From positions 1,550,001-1,614,000 of the forward strand of contig JAUFOR010000008.1 of assembly GCA_040285745.1 (NCBI GenBank): 64,000 nt of DNA, given 5' to 3'. The notes below the pieces were generated by a model. The model searched no databases, was not told the DNA's origin, and was given only the letters and a program-made list of their open reading frames with translations. Below, in pieces: positions 10,635 to 22,600 of the stretch. This DNA is from Barthelona sp. PCE. Taxonomy: Eukaryota. The translations under genes were made by a program, and so were the position numbers. Numbering within the stretch: position 1 is the first letter of the stretch; the number at the start of each line of letters is the position of its first letter.

Positions 10635-11588
10635 TTACATGGGGTCAATCTTCTTATCCTTAACATCTTCCCAGTTTGTGCTTAGTACTGTACCATTGCT
10701 TTCTCTCAAACTCTTCATTATAGCTTTTTGTTTATCTTCATCAGCATTATAGGCATCAGCAATAACATTCTCTAGGCTTTGAGGCGTATGCTTCTTACGT
10801 TCTTCTTCTAAGACTTCTAAATTCTTTTCTATTGACTCCCATTTCGAAAGGTTTTCACTGTGCTCAAACACACGTGTTAATGTTGGCCATTTCAACGAAC
10901 TCTTCTTTGATAGCCTTATTTCAACTCTATTTCTTACAGAAACTACAAAATCTATACATTCATCATACAACAAGAACTCAAAAACATGGTCTACATCATC
11001 TGTGGTAATAAAGATTGATAACACAGTTCCCTCCAGTTCTACATCAACACCTTCAGCTGTTGTCTCAACAAAGAACTCTAGAAATACAGTATTCGAATTC
11101 TGAGACCATCTTTGCTCAATACTAGATTTGTTATCATGGATGGAATGGCTGGATAATGATCTTTTAAGACCATTCTTCTCTCCAGAATCTCGTCGAATAC
11201 CATGTGCTGCAATTTCTTTATCTACTTTACCCTTTAGGTCTTTAACTATACGTTCGTAATATAAAGAAGGTGCTCTCATATGTATTAACTTCTCAAGAAT
11301 GGAAGCTGCTTGTAAGCTCTGTTCATAAAAGACATAACATTGTGCTTGGATTGCTAAAGGAATAAAAGATTCGCGCAACTGGTTGGAAATTTCGGCATCA
11401 AGCAAAGATTCCTCAAATCGCTCAAGCTCAAAGAAACAACGTGACCTTAACAGGAAGAGATCTGCTTTTAAGTCATCTGCGATGGAAGATCCTTCAAAGA
11501 ATGCTTCTAGGTTGGCTATTAAGTCCAAACACTCATCCACCCTGCCCTGGTTATACAACTGTAATGCCTCATAAAAGATATCTTTCAT
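10635..11588 (-). CDS. SGT1: SGT1 HSP90 co-chaperone (TPR-CS-SGS)
   Basis: N-terminal TPRs, CS domain (WSQN...VEIRLSK..W), SGS motif AIMKSLRESNGTVLSTNWEDV. Confidence 0.92.
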   Translation of the reverse strand: MKDIFYEALQLYNQGRVDECLDLIANLEAFFEGSSIADDLKADLFLLRSRCFFELERFEESLLDAEISNQLRESFIPLAIQAQCYVFYEQSLQAASILEKLIHMRAPSLYYERIVKDLKGKVDKEIAAHGIRRDSGEKNGLKRSLSSHSIHDNKSSIEQRWSQNSNTVFLEFFVETTAEGVDVELEGTVLSIFITTDDVDHVFEFLLYDECIDFVVSVRNRVEIRLSKKSSLKWPTLTRVFEHSENLSKWESIEKNLEVLEEERKKHTPQSLENVIADAYNADEDKQKAIMKSLRESNGTVLSTNWEDVKDKKIDPM

Positions 11589-11890
11589 TTTGAGAAAAGT
11601 AAGAGGTTTTAAAAATGTAATGTTGAAGATGTCTTATATTAAGTATTGTAACTGGCGGCAAAAGTATTGTACAGATATGCCTGTCTCAGAAACCTGTATG
11701 TGATCATTCTTATGAAAGCTTTAGAAAATCTCAAATTTTCTGGAGTTAGCCTTGATATAAGAGTTATTTTTGAGTATGATTTCGATCTGTATGGATATCT
11801 GTGGGCGTTTTGATATTTTATTTGAATAATTGAGTCTTAATAATCTTAGATTCTTATTATAAAAAAATTATAAAAAAAAACACAAGTTTA

Positions 11891-14800
11891 TTATTTTTCC
11901 CCGATTTCAAAGGTTGAACGCTGAAAGTAGATGGGACAGTCCACATTTATACACTCAATATCAGCGTAGTGTGTCAATTGACAGTCGTAGCACTTTGATT
12001 TAGCCTTACGATGCAAAAAAGCACGCGTTGACCTATTTCGCTGCAGCATCCTCGAGCAAAGGGCGCCGTTATGCTGTGAATTCAAAGGCATTCCACAATT
12101 TTCACAGTTTTTAACTAAAATCAGATTAAGAGCGTTATTCTTTTTGATTACAACTCTTCTAATCTTATAAAACTTTGTTACATCAATGCCCAAGGACCCT
12201 ACCACTCTGTTTAAGGCTGGTATGATTTGTTTGGATATGTAATAGTGAAAATTCAGAGTCTTTCCTTCTTGCACAAAACGCCATGGATACATAACTAGAT
12301 TCTCGAGCAAAGGGCGCTTCCCAGGTTGTACGTGATCAGCAACTAGAAAGCTAATACGTTCTCCGTATCGTGGAAGATCTCGATCGTTTCCTGCTTCACG
12401 TACTGCCAGCACTGCAACTGGAGGTGGCTTTTTGTACCTTCCCAGTTTGACACGTCGTCGGAACATAAAGTCGCTTAGCGGGTACCGCATGTTGCAAATA
12501 TCACTGAATAATCTCTTGCAAAATTTCGATATACCATCCAACTTTTTTGAAAAAACTTCATCAACAACCATACGCAACGCCTTCCCCACGATCGGACACG
12601 AGTCTCTTCGTATTGTCTCCACACCTTTTGCTTTGAAAGTACCATTGTCTTTCGGGTGGTCATATGAGACTCCCATATATCTATTTTTGCGTAATAAAAA
12701 GGATGGAAAAAACACGTTTTCGAACTGAAGGCACATTGGGAACGGTAGCTGCTTATTTACGATATCAACAACCTTTTTTGCGGTAACAAAAGTTTTTTCG
12801 AGTGAAAATCCTTTGAATTCAACAAAAAGTGAGTCTGTAGCACCATAAACAACTCGTCCTCCGAGGGAAACGGCTGCATCTGATGCCATCTTCACGTATT
12901 CGCGACCAAGTTGCACTATGCTATCGCTTATTTCAACACAAGGCATTCTTCCAGAGAAACCCGCACCAGTATATCCATAAGCTACATTTGCTATCATTTT
13001 CAAGGCATACTGCTTGAAGTTTAATGCTTTTTTCTCGAATTCACTCAAACGTTCTGTTTTTATCCTCTCTTTAACACGCAATCGAGTTGAAATAATGTCG
13101 TAAAGCATCGCAGGGAACATACCCAGGCGGACACTTGGGCGAACATACATGTTACCGAGGGGACATATGAAAAGCTCGTCGTTTAAAAGCAAACGGCGAA
13201 GTAATCTCTTTGAATACGTTACACTGTCGCACCCCAGTTTAACAGTGAGCAGGTCTCCCTCCGCAGTCAGGTCAGTTTCGCGTGGAACTCGCCCAAGAGA
13301 CGTTGTGTAGCAGAGGTTATGCGCAATAATTAGGGTGGGATAGAGAGACAGGAAGTCAAAGACTGCGATTGGGTCGGGGTGGAACCCACTGATCGGCTCC
13401 ATGATGAGCGGGGATGCGCATATCTCCGCTTGAGATAGAACCTGTTTTCGAGATGGACTGAAAAGCGCAATGTTGTAGAAGGCAGCAACCCTGCCAAGTT
13501 TACCCTCCACTTTGTACTGTGACCCTCTGCTCATGACTTCCAGGAACGAAATACCGACCGAACGCGCATATTCGGCGGTTCTCTTAAAAAAGTCCAGCTG
13601 AAAGAAAAGTCGAAGCACCAGCAGAGTTCTCTTTAGCAACCGACGAATAGGTCCCCTGCAGTTCGTGTTATGGGCAGCTGCTTCTGCATGTGGCGCAATC
13701 TCTGGAAAGGTGATGCCAAAGAAGCTATTGATGACATGGCAGAAGGTATACGAGTGTAATTTTTTGTTTTTTTTGACGATACGCCATGCACACATGCATA
13801 GTCGACCGGGAACGGGGAGGGAGAACTGGTCACCGAATGGTTTACCGCCTTCTATCCTCTCAAAAATATTACGGTGCTGAACCGCCCATTTCGTTCGAGA
13901 AATTTTGCGTATCAGCGGGAACCCAATGGACTCCGATCTCTCAAGGAGATACCCGAGCCCAAGACGGGTTATATCATAGCTTAGAATGACGTCAGGATCA
14001 TGATCACTAACAAACAGGGCAAAGTGCTCGAAGAGCCCAATCTCATCAAAAGCTGTAACAGTGGAGGCGACAATACTAGTGTACGGTAGTGCATCACTGT
14101 TATCAAGCGATATATCGTCAACAGAACCTAAATTTGAGACTTCAAAGATTTTTGCTGTAAGATGTGAGCGAGAGAACGAGTCGTCTGTTGCAATGGCGAC
14201 TATGGCGACCACGGCATCCCCACGGGGGTCAGGCATCGTGCCCTTTGTGTTTGTGATAATCTCCACAAACACAGTCCTCATGTCCATGAACTCGTGCTGC
14301 TGTGTTGTCTGCTCTCTCACAATCGGCGCAGTACGAGACAGCGACCTAGCCTTCAGCGTTCCTTTCTGCTCTTTTTCAGCAACATCACTTTCCTGAAAGG
14401 GTGGGAGCTCATTAAACGGTGGTGGATCTACTATCCTCACACCCAACGCCATCCCTTGATGGAACGCCAACTCGCCAAGCGTGCACTCATCAGCGTGTGC
14501 GTCCAGCAGTGACTTGAGTTTCTTCGGACGCTTCATGCTCCTCTTTTGGAGATCTCGATGTAAAATGCTGGAATCGCTGAACACGGGACGCTGATGAACA
14601 ACATCCACCATGCCTAGCTCTTCAAACCGCGGTAGATCATTGAATGGCACAATGATTTCATCGGTAGGAGTTTCTGAGAGAGATCGCTGAAAGGCGTTCA
14701 GGGGTTCAGGCACATCTTCACATTCGCTGTCGCTATCACTTATATAACCGCTATTGTCCGTTTCCTGCTCCATTTCTCCGTGAGAATGTGCAAAAAGTGT

Positions 14801-15871
14801 AGCCTTGATGATATCCTCAAACATATTAGAAGACTGATCCAAATCTTCATCATCCTCCGCATGATCCACCGCATGATCATCTTCCTCATCGTCTATCTCT
14901 TCAATTTCTGCGCGTGGTGGAGGCAACTGTGTCATTGTGAGCTTCATAGTGTAATCTATCATGGTATTATTCGAAAGACTCAGCCTGTCCAAAAGATCCT
15001 CCTCACTCTGCTCCATTGTTGATTCCGCTGGGTATGAGAACATGTCGTATGCAAAAAGCTCGTCGTACACGTTATCAACAGCACTGTATGACGGGATGTC
15101 CTTCTCTACCCGAAGAATGTAATACAAACTATTCATAATGAAACGTGCTGATGGGAAGAGCTGTGGGTGCTGAAGCTGGTTTGCACGTAGTACAGGTGGT
15201 TCTCTTTCGTTACAAAACACTGCGCTATGATGTATATCCATTTCAACTAATGATCGCACTGTTCTTGGAAGGAAACTAGTATTAAAATCACTAATAGAGC
15301 GTCCTACGAGGCTATCTACGAACGGGTTTGGGCGAATATGAATCGCTTCTAGGTCTTCTATCGATAGAAAATCCATAGGATTAATGAACTTTGCAGTGAA
15401 GAATTGTTGCGACAGGGTTATATGAGCATTGCACACGTTTGCTTCGAACCCAAAAACCATCGTGTCGCTCTCCTGCAAGGCCTTAACAAGCGCTGATCGG
15501 ACAGATGTTCGAAAACAGCTGACTTTGATGAATAAAGAGTCTCTGTCACTGTACCCGTAACCGTACAGTGCTTCTACAACGTTCATTGTTGCAATATGCG
15601 GTGGCTGGATTTCGCTTGCCATGCATATATCGATGAACCGATCATAAACTGTTGAGAGTAGAGTTTGGGAACATGTTAGAGACGGAAGTCTTACAAAGAA
15701 GTGTGGAAAGTAACCATGGACGTGCAAACACACACGTTGCATTTCTTCTGTTATACCAAAAATCCTTAAATTAACAACACGGCCCTCAACATCTTCTGTA
15801 TCATCATTGAGATCGATACTCTGCACGTCCTCATTCACAGTGTCGAAATTCACCACCCGGACCCTAAGCAT
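11891..15871 (-). CDS. REV3: DNA polymerase zeta catalytic subunit (family B)
   Basis: RVCLHVHGYFPHFFV, SRGSQYKVE, DFLSLYP, KMIANVAYGYTGAGFSGRMPCVEISDSIV, KGVETIRRD, C-terminal Cys clusters; likely ATG 15871. Confidence 0.95.
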   Translation of the reverse strand: MLRVRVVNFDTVNEDVQSIDLNDDTEDVEGRVVNLRIFGITEEMQRVCLHVHGYFPHFFVRLPSLTCSQTLLSTVYDRFIDICMASEIQPPHIATMNVVEALYGYGYSDRDSLFIKVSCFRTSVRSALVKALQESDTMVFGFEANVCNAHITLSQQFFTAKFINPMDFLSIEDLEAIHIRPNPFVDSLVGRSISDFNTSFLPRTVRSLVEMDIHHSAVFCNEREPPVLRANQLQHPQLFPSARFIMNSLYYILRVEKDIPSYSAVDNVYDELFAYDMFSYPAESTMEQSEEDLLDRLSLSNNTMIDYTMKLTMTQLPPPRAEIEEIDDEEDDHAVDHAEDDEDLDQSSNMFEDIIKATLFAHSHGEMEQETDNSGYISDSDSECEDVPEPLNAFQRSLSETPTDEIIVPFNDLPRFEELGMVDVVHQRPVFSDSSILHRDLQKRSMKRPKKLKSLLDAHADECTLGELAFHQGMALGVRIVDPPPFNELPPFQESDVAEKEQKGTLKARSLSRTAPIVREQTTQQHEFMDMRTVFVEIITNTKGTMPDPRGDAVVAIVAIATDDSFSRSHLTAKIFEVSNLGSVDDISLDNSDALPYTSIVASTVTAFDEIGLFEHFALFVSDHDPDVILSYDITRLGLGYLLERSESIGFPLIRKISRTKWAVQHRNIFERIEGGKPFGDQFSLPVPGRLCMCAWRIVKKNKKLHSYTFCHVINSFFGITFPEIAPHAEAAAHNTNCRGPIRRLLKRTLLVLRLFFQLDFFKRTAEYARSVGISFLEVMSRGSQYKVEGKLGRVAAFYNIALFSPSRKQVLSQAEICASPLIMEPISGFHPDPIAVFDFLSLYPTLIIAHNLCYTTSLGRVPRETDLTAEGDLLTVKLGCDSVTYSKRLLRRLLLNDELFICPLGNMYVRPSVRLGMFPAMLYDIISTRLRVKERIKTERLSEFEKKALNFKQYALKMIANVAYGYTGAGFSGRMPCVEISDSIVQLGREYVKMASDAAVSLGGRVVYGATDSLFVEFKGFSLEKTFVTAKKVVDIVNKQLPFPMCLQFENVFFPSFLLRKNRYMGVSYDHPKDNGTFKAKGVETIRRDSCPIVGKALRMVVDEVFSKKLDGISKFCKRLFSDICNMRYPLSDFMFRRRVKLGRYKKPPPVAVLAVREAGNDRDLPRYGERISFLVADHVQPGKRPLLENLVMYPWRFVQEGKTLNFHYYISKQIIPALNRVVGSLGIDVTKFYKIRRVVIKKNNALNLILVKNCENCGMPLNSQHNGALCSRMLQRNRSTRAFLHRKAKSKCYDCQLTHYADIECINVDCPIYFQRSTFEIGEK

Positions 15872-15959
15872 GCATAAACAATAACAATTTGCATTAAGAA
15901 AGAGGAGTTTTTTCGTAAACAACATTTCCATCTTTATCAAGTTGTGGACGATCGTTGCA

Positions 15960-17330
15960 ATGTCTTTGTTGCCCAACGCGTTCCTGTTCGACCTCGCACT
16001 TGTGCCCGTTCACCCTGCAGTGAATGAAAGTCGATTGCAGCAATTTCTCAGTGAATTCAAGGCTGAAGAAGAAAATTCAGACATCCTCACATTCATATGG
16101 TTCAGACAGGCAGCTCCGCGCGTGTTTATGTTTGATGATATCGTTATTAACACATTGTGGAATTTGTATTGCTTTTCTCTTGAAGGATTGCACAGTTGGG
16201 TCGATGAGGTGGACTTCCTACGCTTCTTTTGCTTCCTGTTTGCTTTTAAGTCCAATTCTCAAAATGGTGCTTCCCCCGTTAGAGTAACCACAGGTGAAAA
16301 TTGGCCTTCCCTATCTGTGGGAAGCCCCATGTCATCAAGCTCCACGGTGTTTGACAGAGATGCGCTGCTTAAAAAGCGTTGCAGCTTCCTTGACACATCA
16401 TTATCATCTCTTTACACGATGTTAGGTGATGATTTCAGTCCTGATTTACTGAATGTCTTTGTCTACTCCCCGACAGGCAGTCCAGTTGAGACTATACTCG
16501 AGGCTGAAGAGCTTTTTTATACCCAGGAAAACAAAGATGAATTCCATTGCAATGTTATTGATTTAATTGATACAACAAGCTCGCATGTGAACATCATGCG
16601 CAGATGTAATCTCATCAAGAAGGTAGAAGTCCTTGAGACAAACGAGCTTCAGCATTGTGTACTGTCAAACTGCACTGGATCTAATGTATATATTCAAGGA
16701 CGATGTAACGCAGTTATTCTTACTGAGGTGTCGAAGTGCACAGTTTATGTGCCTGCATCAACGTTTATTTATTTAAATCACTGTAAGAACGTGAAGATTG
16801 TGGGTACAACTCGTGTTTTACGATTGCACTCTTGTTTCAACTGTGTAGTCAACGTGCATACCTCACAGATGGCCCCCCTGATCACGGGACGCACACAGAA
16901 CACAGTTTTTGGGCCTTTCCATCTCGCAAAAGCACCAACATCACTTGGAACGATGATGCTCAGTCATGGTATTTCAACAAGAAGAGACTCAGCAGAACCT
17001 CTGTGGAAGAAGCCAATTGTGCTTAAGGACATTATGAGTAATTTTGAGAGCTACACAATTATGCCCGCAGCAGAACACACTCCATTTGTTTTACCACTTA
17101 TTGGAGCTGACGAAGAAGTCACAATGACTCCCGTTAAAGTGCCAAACGAGTATCTTTTGGCACTTGAGGAGAAGAAAACTGTGTTTGATATTACCAGAGA
17201 AACAATAGCCGAATTACCCCCACAGGATCAGATCCAACTAGAACAGGCTCTTAAAGGACAATTTTTATCTTGGATGATGAAGAATGACAGCTTTAACAGT
17301 GTTGCAAACTTCCTGAATATGGAAGAATAA
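15960..17330 (+). CDS. TBCCD1: TBCC-domain-containing protein 1-like
   Basis: Cys-rich beta-helix repeats (SNCTGSNVYI, SKCTVYV, HCKNVKI, SCFNCVVNVH), PLITG..VFGPF, C-terminal QFLSW. Confidence 0.75.
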   Translation: MSLLPNAFLFDLALVPVHPAVNESRLQQFLSEFKAEEENSDILTFIWFRQAAPRVFMFDDIVINTLWNLYCFSLEGLHSWVDEVDFLRFFCFLFAFKSNSQNGASPVRVTTGENWPSLSVGSPMSSSSTVFDRDALLKKRCSFLDTSLSSLYTMLGDDFSPDLLNVFVYSPTGSPVETILEAEELFYTQENKDEFHCNVIDLIDTTSSHVNIMRRCNLIKKVEVLETNELQHCVLSNCTGSNVYIQGRCNAVILTEVSKCTVYVPASTFIYLNHCKNVKIVGTTRVLRLHSCFNCVVNVHTSQMAPLITGRTQNTVFGPFHLAKAPTSLGTMMLSHGISTRRDSAEPLWKKPIVLKDIMSNFESYTIMPAAEHTPFVLPLIGADEEVTMTPVKVPNEYLLALEEKKTVFDITRETIAELPPQDQIQLEQALKGQFLSWMMKNDSFNSVANFLNMEE

Positions 17331-17388
17331 ACAAGATTGGTTTTTATATTGTTTTCTGTATTATAACCTATTTCGAATATAAGGGTGC

Positions 17389-18282
17389 ATGGAACACCCG
17401 GAAATTGAGATTACACCACCTCTGGTGGGACAGACAGGTCCAATAATCCCTCCAACTCTTGAATTTTCGAGTCCTCGAGCCACATTGCAAGAGGAGGAGG
17501 CTGATGACATGCTGCTTTCACAGATGATCGACAGTTTCCTCGAGACAGCTGAGGGAACAGAGCTTATGAACTCGATGATCACTACCTGGCTGACAGACTT
17601 ACCAAAGATCAAAGAGAGACCTGAATCGGCCCTTGTGACGCTCACACAAAACCTTGTACGCTTGATGATGCAGCACAAAGGACCAATCACAAGAAATGAG
17701 GCGTTGAGTGCTTTGGATGTTAAAAGCCGACGTTTGTATGAAGTAACCAATGGTCTGGAGGGCCTGGGTCTGCTACAAACGAACCAGGGGAAGCTAGAAT
17801 GGCACGGACCAGACATGACAATGACCGATGATGAGAAAGAGAGAATGGCAGAATTAGAGAAAGAATTATCAGCTTTAGAGTTGGAAAATAGTGTTTTGGA
17901 GGACAAAATTGCTCAATCCAACACTAAATATGCAAAAATGGTTAAGGATCCAGCGATATCTATAACAAGTGATGAATTGATCGAGATGGATATAATGAGT
18001 GGTTACAGACTCATAACAGCGCAGTGTGGGATCGAGACCGATATCACAGTACCAGAACAAGGCTCATATCTAGATGGGAATACTAATGAACTACCTTATT
18101 ATATGGAACTTCGTAGCAATTCCGAAATTGTGGTTATGGATATTACTTCAAGACCTAGTGCTGAGGATGCTGAGGGAGAAACTGTCCCCAATTCACCATT
18201 TTATTCAAAAAACGGAGTTGGTCGGCATAAATACAATAATTTTGTCACACCAGATGATTTTAAGTTACTAGAGCTTTTTTAG
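17389..18282 (+). CDS. E2F: E2F-family transcription factor
   Basis: ESALVTLTQNL, SRRLYEVTNGLEGLGLL..W winged helix, then coiled coil and marked-box-like region. Confidence 0.85.
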   Translation: MEHPEIEITPPLVGQTGPIIPPTLEFSSPRATLQEEEADDMLLSQMIDSFLETAEGTELMNSMITTWLTDLPKIKERPESALVTLTQNLVRLMMQHKGPITRNEALSALDVKSRRLYEVTNGLEGLGLLQTNQGKLEWHGPDMTMTDDEKERMAELEKELSALELENSVLEDKIAQSNTKYAKMVKDPAISITSDELIEMDIMSGYRLITAQCGIETDITVPEQGSYLDGNTNELPYYMELRSNSEIVVMDITSRPSAEDAEGETVPNSPFYSKNGVGRHKYNNFVTPDDFKLLELF

Positions 18283-18407
18283 TAACATAGTAAATAATAA
18301 TCCAGTATTGCATCATGTTTGATGGAAATAAAATCCACTCTCCGTCTTGTTATTGAGCAAATTATGTTACACAATATCTCACCAATTTCGCGGGGGTCGA
18401 TTACATT

Positions 18408-19625
18408 ATGTCTTTTGAACTACAGAAGCAGATAAGGGAGAACGCAAACGTTTTCAGTTCATGTGTTAATTCATTAAAGCAATGGACGAAGGATATTTCT
18501 GAGGAAGATGAACGCTTGCTTGAACAGAGTAGAACCAGTGAACCTGTGAAGCGTTTTGAGAACGGGGAGAAGGTTAACAACACAGAGAATGCTGAAAAAC
18601 ATAAAGAATTAGGTAACCGATTTTTTAAGAAATCTGATTTTGGGCAGGCTATTGCCCAGTACACAAAGGGTCTTGAATTCGCTGCCGACCACCATGTGTT
18701 GTTAGGTAACCGCGGTATGTGTTATCTTCGACTTCAACAATACGAGCATTGCGTAGCTGATTCTTCTAAGGCAATTCGGATTAAGCCTGACTATGTCAAG
18801 CCATATGACCGCAAGGGCAAAGCACTAAAGGCTCTGGGGAAGTTTGAAGAGGCCTTGGCAGTGTATGAAGAAGGTCTAGTGCATTGTAAGACTGAGAAGC
18901 AAAACAGGATGTTTGCTGTTGCGATGGATGATATAGCCAAGACACTGAAGGAAATGGAGGAACTCATGGGACCGTATACCAGCCTGGATTCTAATATCAA
19001 GAAACAAGATTTGAAAGAAAAAAAGGTTGTGCAAATGAAAGAGCCTGAACCAGTTGCTGTTGAGGAGGAAATTCCAAAACCCAAACCTAAAAAGAAGAAG
19101 AGGATCATCATCATTGAATCTGATTCAGACAGTGAGGAAGAACCGATGATTGAGGAGGCTCCAATCTCCGCAAAGGAGGAAGAGCCTGCCGTTGATGAAA
19201 TCCCTGAAGAGAAGGAAGAGCAAAATGATGCAGAAATAATTGCTCTCGCTGCCAAACATGATATTGCATCTTCTGCATATAGTTTTGAACGCATTTATAA
19301 CGAGATCAAGACCTCCCCTAAGGCATTGTTTACGTATTTGATGAGAATAGATCCTCAGCAAATTTCAGTATTTATTGGTACCATTTCAAACGGTGTGATT
19401 TTTGGAAAGATTATCAACGCATTGTATCTAGAAATGACAGTGAGCAATGTGCACGACATCTCCGGTATTGTACAGAGTTTTACAACCATTAACAGACTGA
19501 GTATTCTGAGAAGAAGTTTGAGCAGTGATGCTGTTAGTGAATTACAACAACTCGTTGCTTTTGTTGAGGAAAATGATGCCGGAAACATGACAACGGTGCG
19601 AAAGAAGTTCAAAATGAAGAAATAA
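18408..19625 (+). CDS. RPAP3: RPAP3/SPAG1-like TPR co-chaperone
   Basis: N-terminal QIRENA...LKQW, carboxylate-clamp TPR (KELGNRFFK, GNRGMCYLRL), C-terminal SAYSFER...RL domain. Confidence 0.85.
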   Translation: MSFELQKQIRENANVFSSCVNSLKQWTKDISEEDERLLEQSRTSEPVKRFENGEKVNNTENAEKHKELGNRFFKKSDFGQAIAQYTKGLEFAADHHVLLGNRGMCYLRLQQYEHCVADSSKAIRIKPDYVKPYDRKGKALKALGKFEEALAVYEEGLVHCKTEKQNRMFAVAMDDIAKTLKEMEELMGPYTSLDSNIKKQDLKEKKVVQMKEPEPVAVEEEIPKPKPKKKKRIIIIESDSDSEEEPMIEEAPISAKEEEPAVDEIPEEKEEQNDAEIIALAAKHDIASSAYSFERIYNEIKTSPKALFTYLMRIDPQQISVFIGTISNGVIFGKIINALYLEMTVSNVHDISGIVQSFTTINRLSILRRSLSSDAVSELQQLVAFVEENDAGNMTTVRKKFKMKK

Positions 19626-19690
19626 AAAATTTTGGCTGTTTATTCATTTGTTACGTTTTTCACGGTTTCTTTGAATTGAACTGATTAGCC

Positions 19691-22600
19691 ATGGAAGACG
19701 CAACCACAAAGGGTGCATTAACTGAACAAGAACTGTTACAGGATGATTCATTATTCCAACAAACGGATTACAGCGATGAATACGATGTTGAACGACAGGA
19801 ATTAGAGCAAAGGGTAGTCGACCTCTTCCTTGAGCACATTGATGAGTACAGGGAATATGTTAAAACTGGTATTTCTGAGTATCCTGGTCTCTTGAAGGAG
19901 ATTGATGTCGATTTACTCTACAAGAAGGCAGAAGGTCATATAGATGAGAGGACCAGTACACCTACACCAATGGACGAGGTGGTTATGCCACCTATAAGTG
20001 TTCGCCATTCAAAGCACCGTTATAAGGCACGTGATCTTGCCTCACCTCACACAGTCGACCACACGACGCCATTTGTCACTTCTTCTGTCTTTACGCAACC
20101 TAAATGTATGATAAATGGAGTTCTACGATCGCACCAGATTAGCGGTCTTTCTTTCTTACTACGCGCAATTGAAACGGTTGGCGGCGCCATCCTTGCCGAC
20201 GAAATGGGTCTCGGCAAGACCATTCAAGCCATTGCACTGATTGCCAATCTGTACGAGGCAAAATCAAACGAGAAGAAAATGAGATTTATTCGGGATCGTT
20301 CGTTCAGATTACAGATGGAACGCCAGGCGAGGGAAGAGGCAAGCGAGGAGACAGAAGAAGACGAGGGTGAGCTTGAGATGGAAGAGATTCCTGAGCTTGA
20401 AGAAAAATCTGAGGAGGAAAATTCCGAGGAAGAAAACAGTGATGAAGATGATGATGATGATGGATTGGAAAGCCTCAAGTGGCTTCCTCTATGGTGGATT
20501 GAAAAAGAAGATCCAATTCATGAATTTTTTAACAAAGGGGATGACAAATTCCTGGTAGTTGTACCCAAATCCACATTGCCCAATTGGGATCTAGAGTTCA
20601 AGAAATGGGTACCCTCCGTCGAGACATTTGTGTTTTGGGGAGAGTCTGTGGAAAGATCATTGATGGTTAGATCCCAATCATCACCAATGAAGAACGGTTG
20701 CTTTGACGTCTGTATTACAACATACGACGTTGTCATGCGTGAGATGGCGGCATTCAACAGGTTTAACTGGCGTATAGCTATCTTTGATGAGGGCCACAAG
20801 CTCAAAAACAAAAATGCCCAAATTACTCAGAAGTGTAAGGCTATTTCTGCTGATGCTCGTGTTCTTCTCACTGGAACGCCTCTCCAAAACGACATGTATG
20901 AACTATGGTCCATCCTTAACGTTTTGAACCCGTCTATTTTTGACAACGAAGCAACCTTCATCCGTTGGTTCTGTCGGCCGAAACATCTTGCATCTGATGT
21001 GTTAGATGGGTACCGTGCAACCATTGCGGCTGGGAAACAGATTAGGTGCCGTCTGAAACCGATATATGAGCTGAACGAGGACGTTGTGCACAAGTTGCAT
21101 GTTGTTTTACAGATGGTGATGCTCAGGAGAGTCAAGAGCGAGGTGGAGAACATCCCACCAAAGGTAGAGACAAAAATCATTGCACCATTGACAGTTTTGC
21201 AACTGCGCATATACCAACAGATTATAGTGAATGGTCTAGCACAGAAGGCCCGGAATGATTTGTTCGAGCCCGGCACAAACACCCAGTACGCATCCACGGA
21301 CCTGCAAAATACCATCATGGAGCTTAGGAAGTGCGTTAACCACCCATATTTGTTCAAAGGTGTGGAACCACAGCCGTTCATAGAAGGTGAGCACCTAGTT
21401 GAGGCCAGCGGCAAGATGCGCCTGCTAGATATGCTCCTGGCGCGATTGAAGCAGCGTGGATCAAAGGTTCTCCTGTTCTCACAGTTCACAATGATGCTTG
21501 ACGTTCTACAAGACTACTGTATCATGCGTGGACACAGCTTCTGCCGCCTTGACGGCAGTACTAGGTACGAGGATCGCGCAAAGGGCATCGCCAGGTTCAA
21601 CAACGATGAAAGTGTGTTCTTGTACCTTCTATCAACCCGTGCAGGAGGCCTTGGCATCAACCTCACAAAGGCAGACGTTGTCATCCTCTACGACAGCGAC
21701 TGGAACGCACAGGTCGACCTACAGGCCATCGACAGGTGCCATCGCATTGGGCAACGCAAACCTGTATCGGTCTTCCGGCTCATGACGATGAGTGTAGAGC
21801 AGCGCATCGTAGAGCGCGCGGAGGCCAAGCTCCGGCTGGACGCTCTCGTGATGGAACAGGCACGTGTCGCCGAACTTAACCAAAACCTTTCTAAAGACCA
21901 GCTTCTTTCTCTGATCAGCTACGGTAGCGACAGAATATTCTCTGCAGTTGGTTCATTCGACAGTGTAGGGGGCATTGAGGATCTTGAGGTTGGTGAGAAC
22001 GACAAAGATCTTGTCTTTTTTAGTGACGATGCAAAGCTAGATGATACGTTTGTTTCTCAAATTCTTGATGAGAACACGCAGGGTATCACCACGGCCCTGC
22101 AGACGGAGGCAAAGACGCTTGCGGACGAGGCTGAAGTAACTGAGGACTTGCTCAAGATGTCAATGATCCAGACGGCGGAAGACGGTGACATGACCTCCGC
22201 TTTGGAGAGCAGGATCCATACCCTTGTTGAAGACGAAGACGAGAACAAGCGCGCGGAGAAGCGTCGTCTGCGTCTAGAGAGGCAGCGCGAGTTACTGAAT
22301 AAGAAGAAGAGGGAAGCAAAGAACGTCAAATTCGCCAAGCCGACCAAGCCAAAGACACTGTTCTATCACCTCGTAAGCAGCGAGCACGCACAGCTCATGC
22401 AAAAGAAGTACGAGCACGAGAAGACAGTGTATGACTGGTCGATGGCGAACTTCGAGCTCCTAAATGATTTAGCCCCTTTAGAATCAAAGCAGGAGCTGTC
22501 TGATGCTGAAGCAGAGAAGCTGGTTGATCTCAAGAGAAAGCACGCAGTCGCACGACGGGGGTTGCAACAGCAACTAAATGAACAGGGCGAGTTTACTGCT

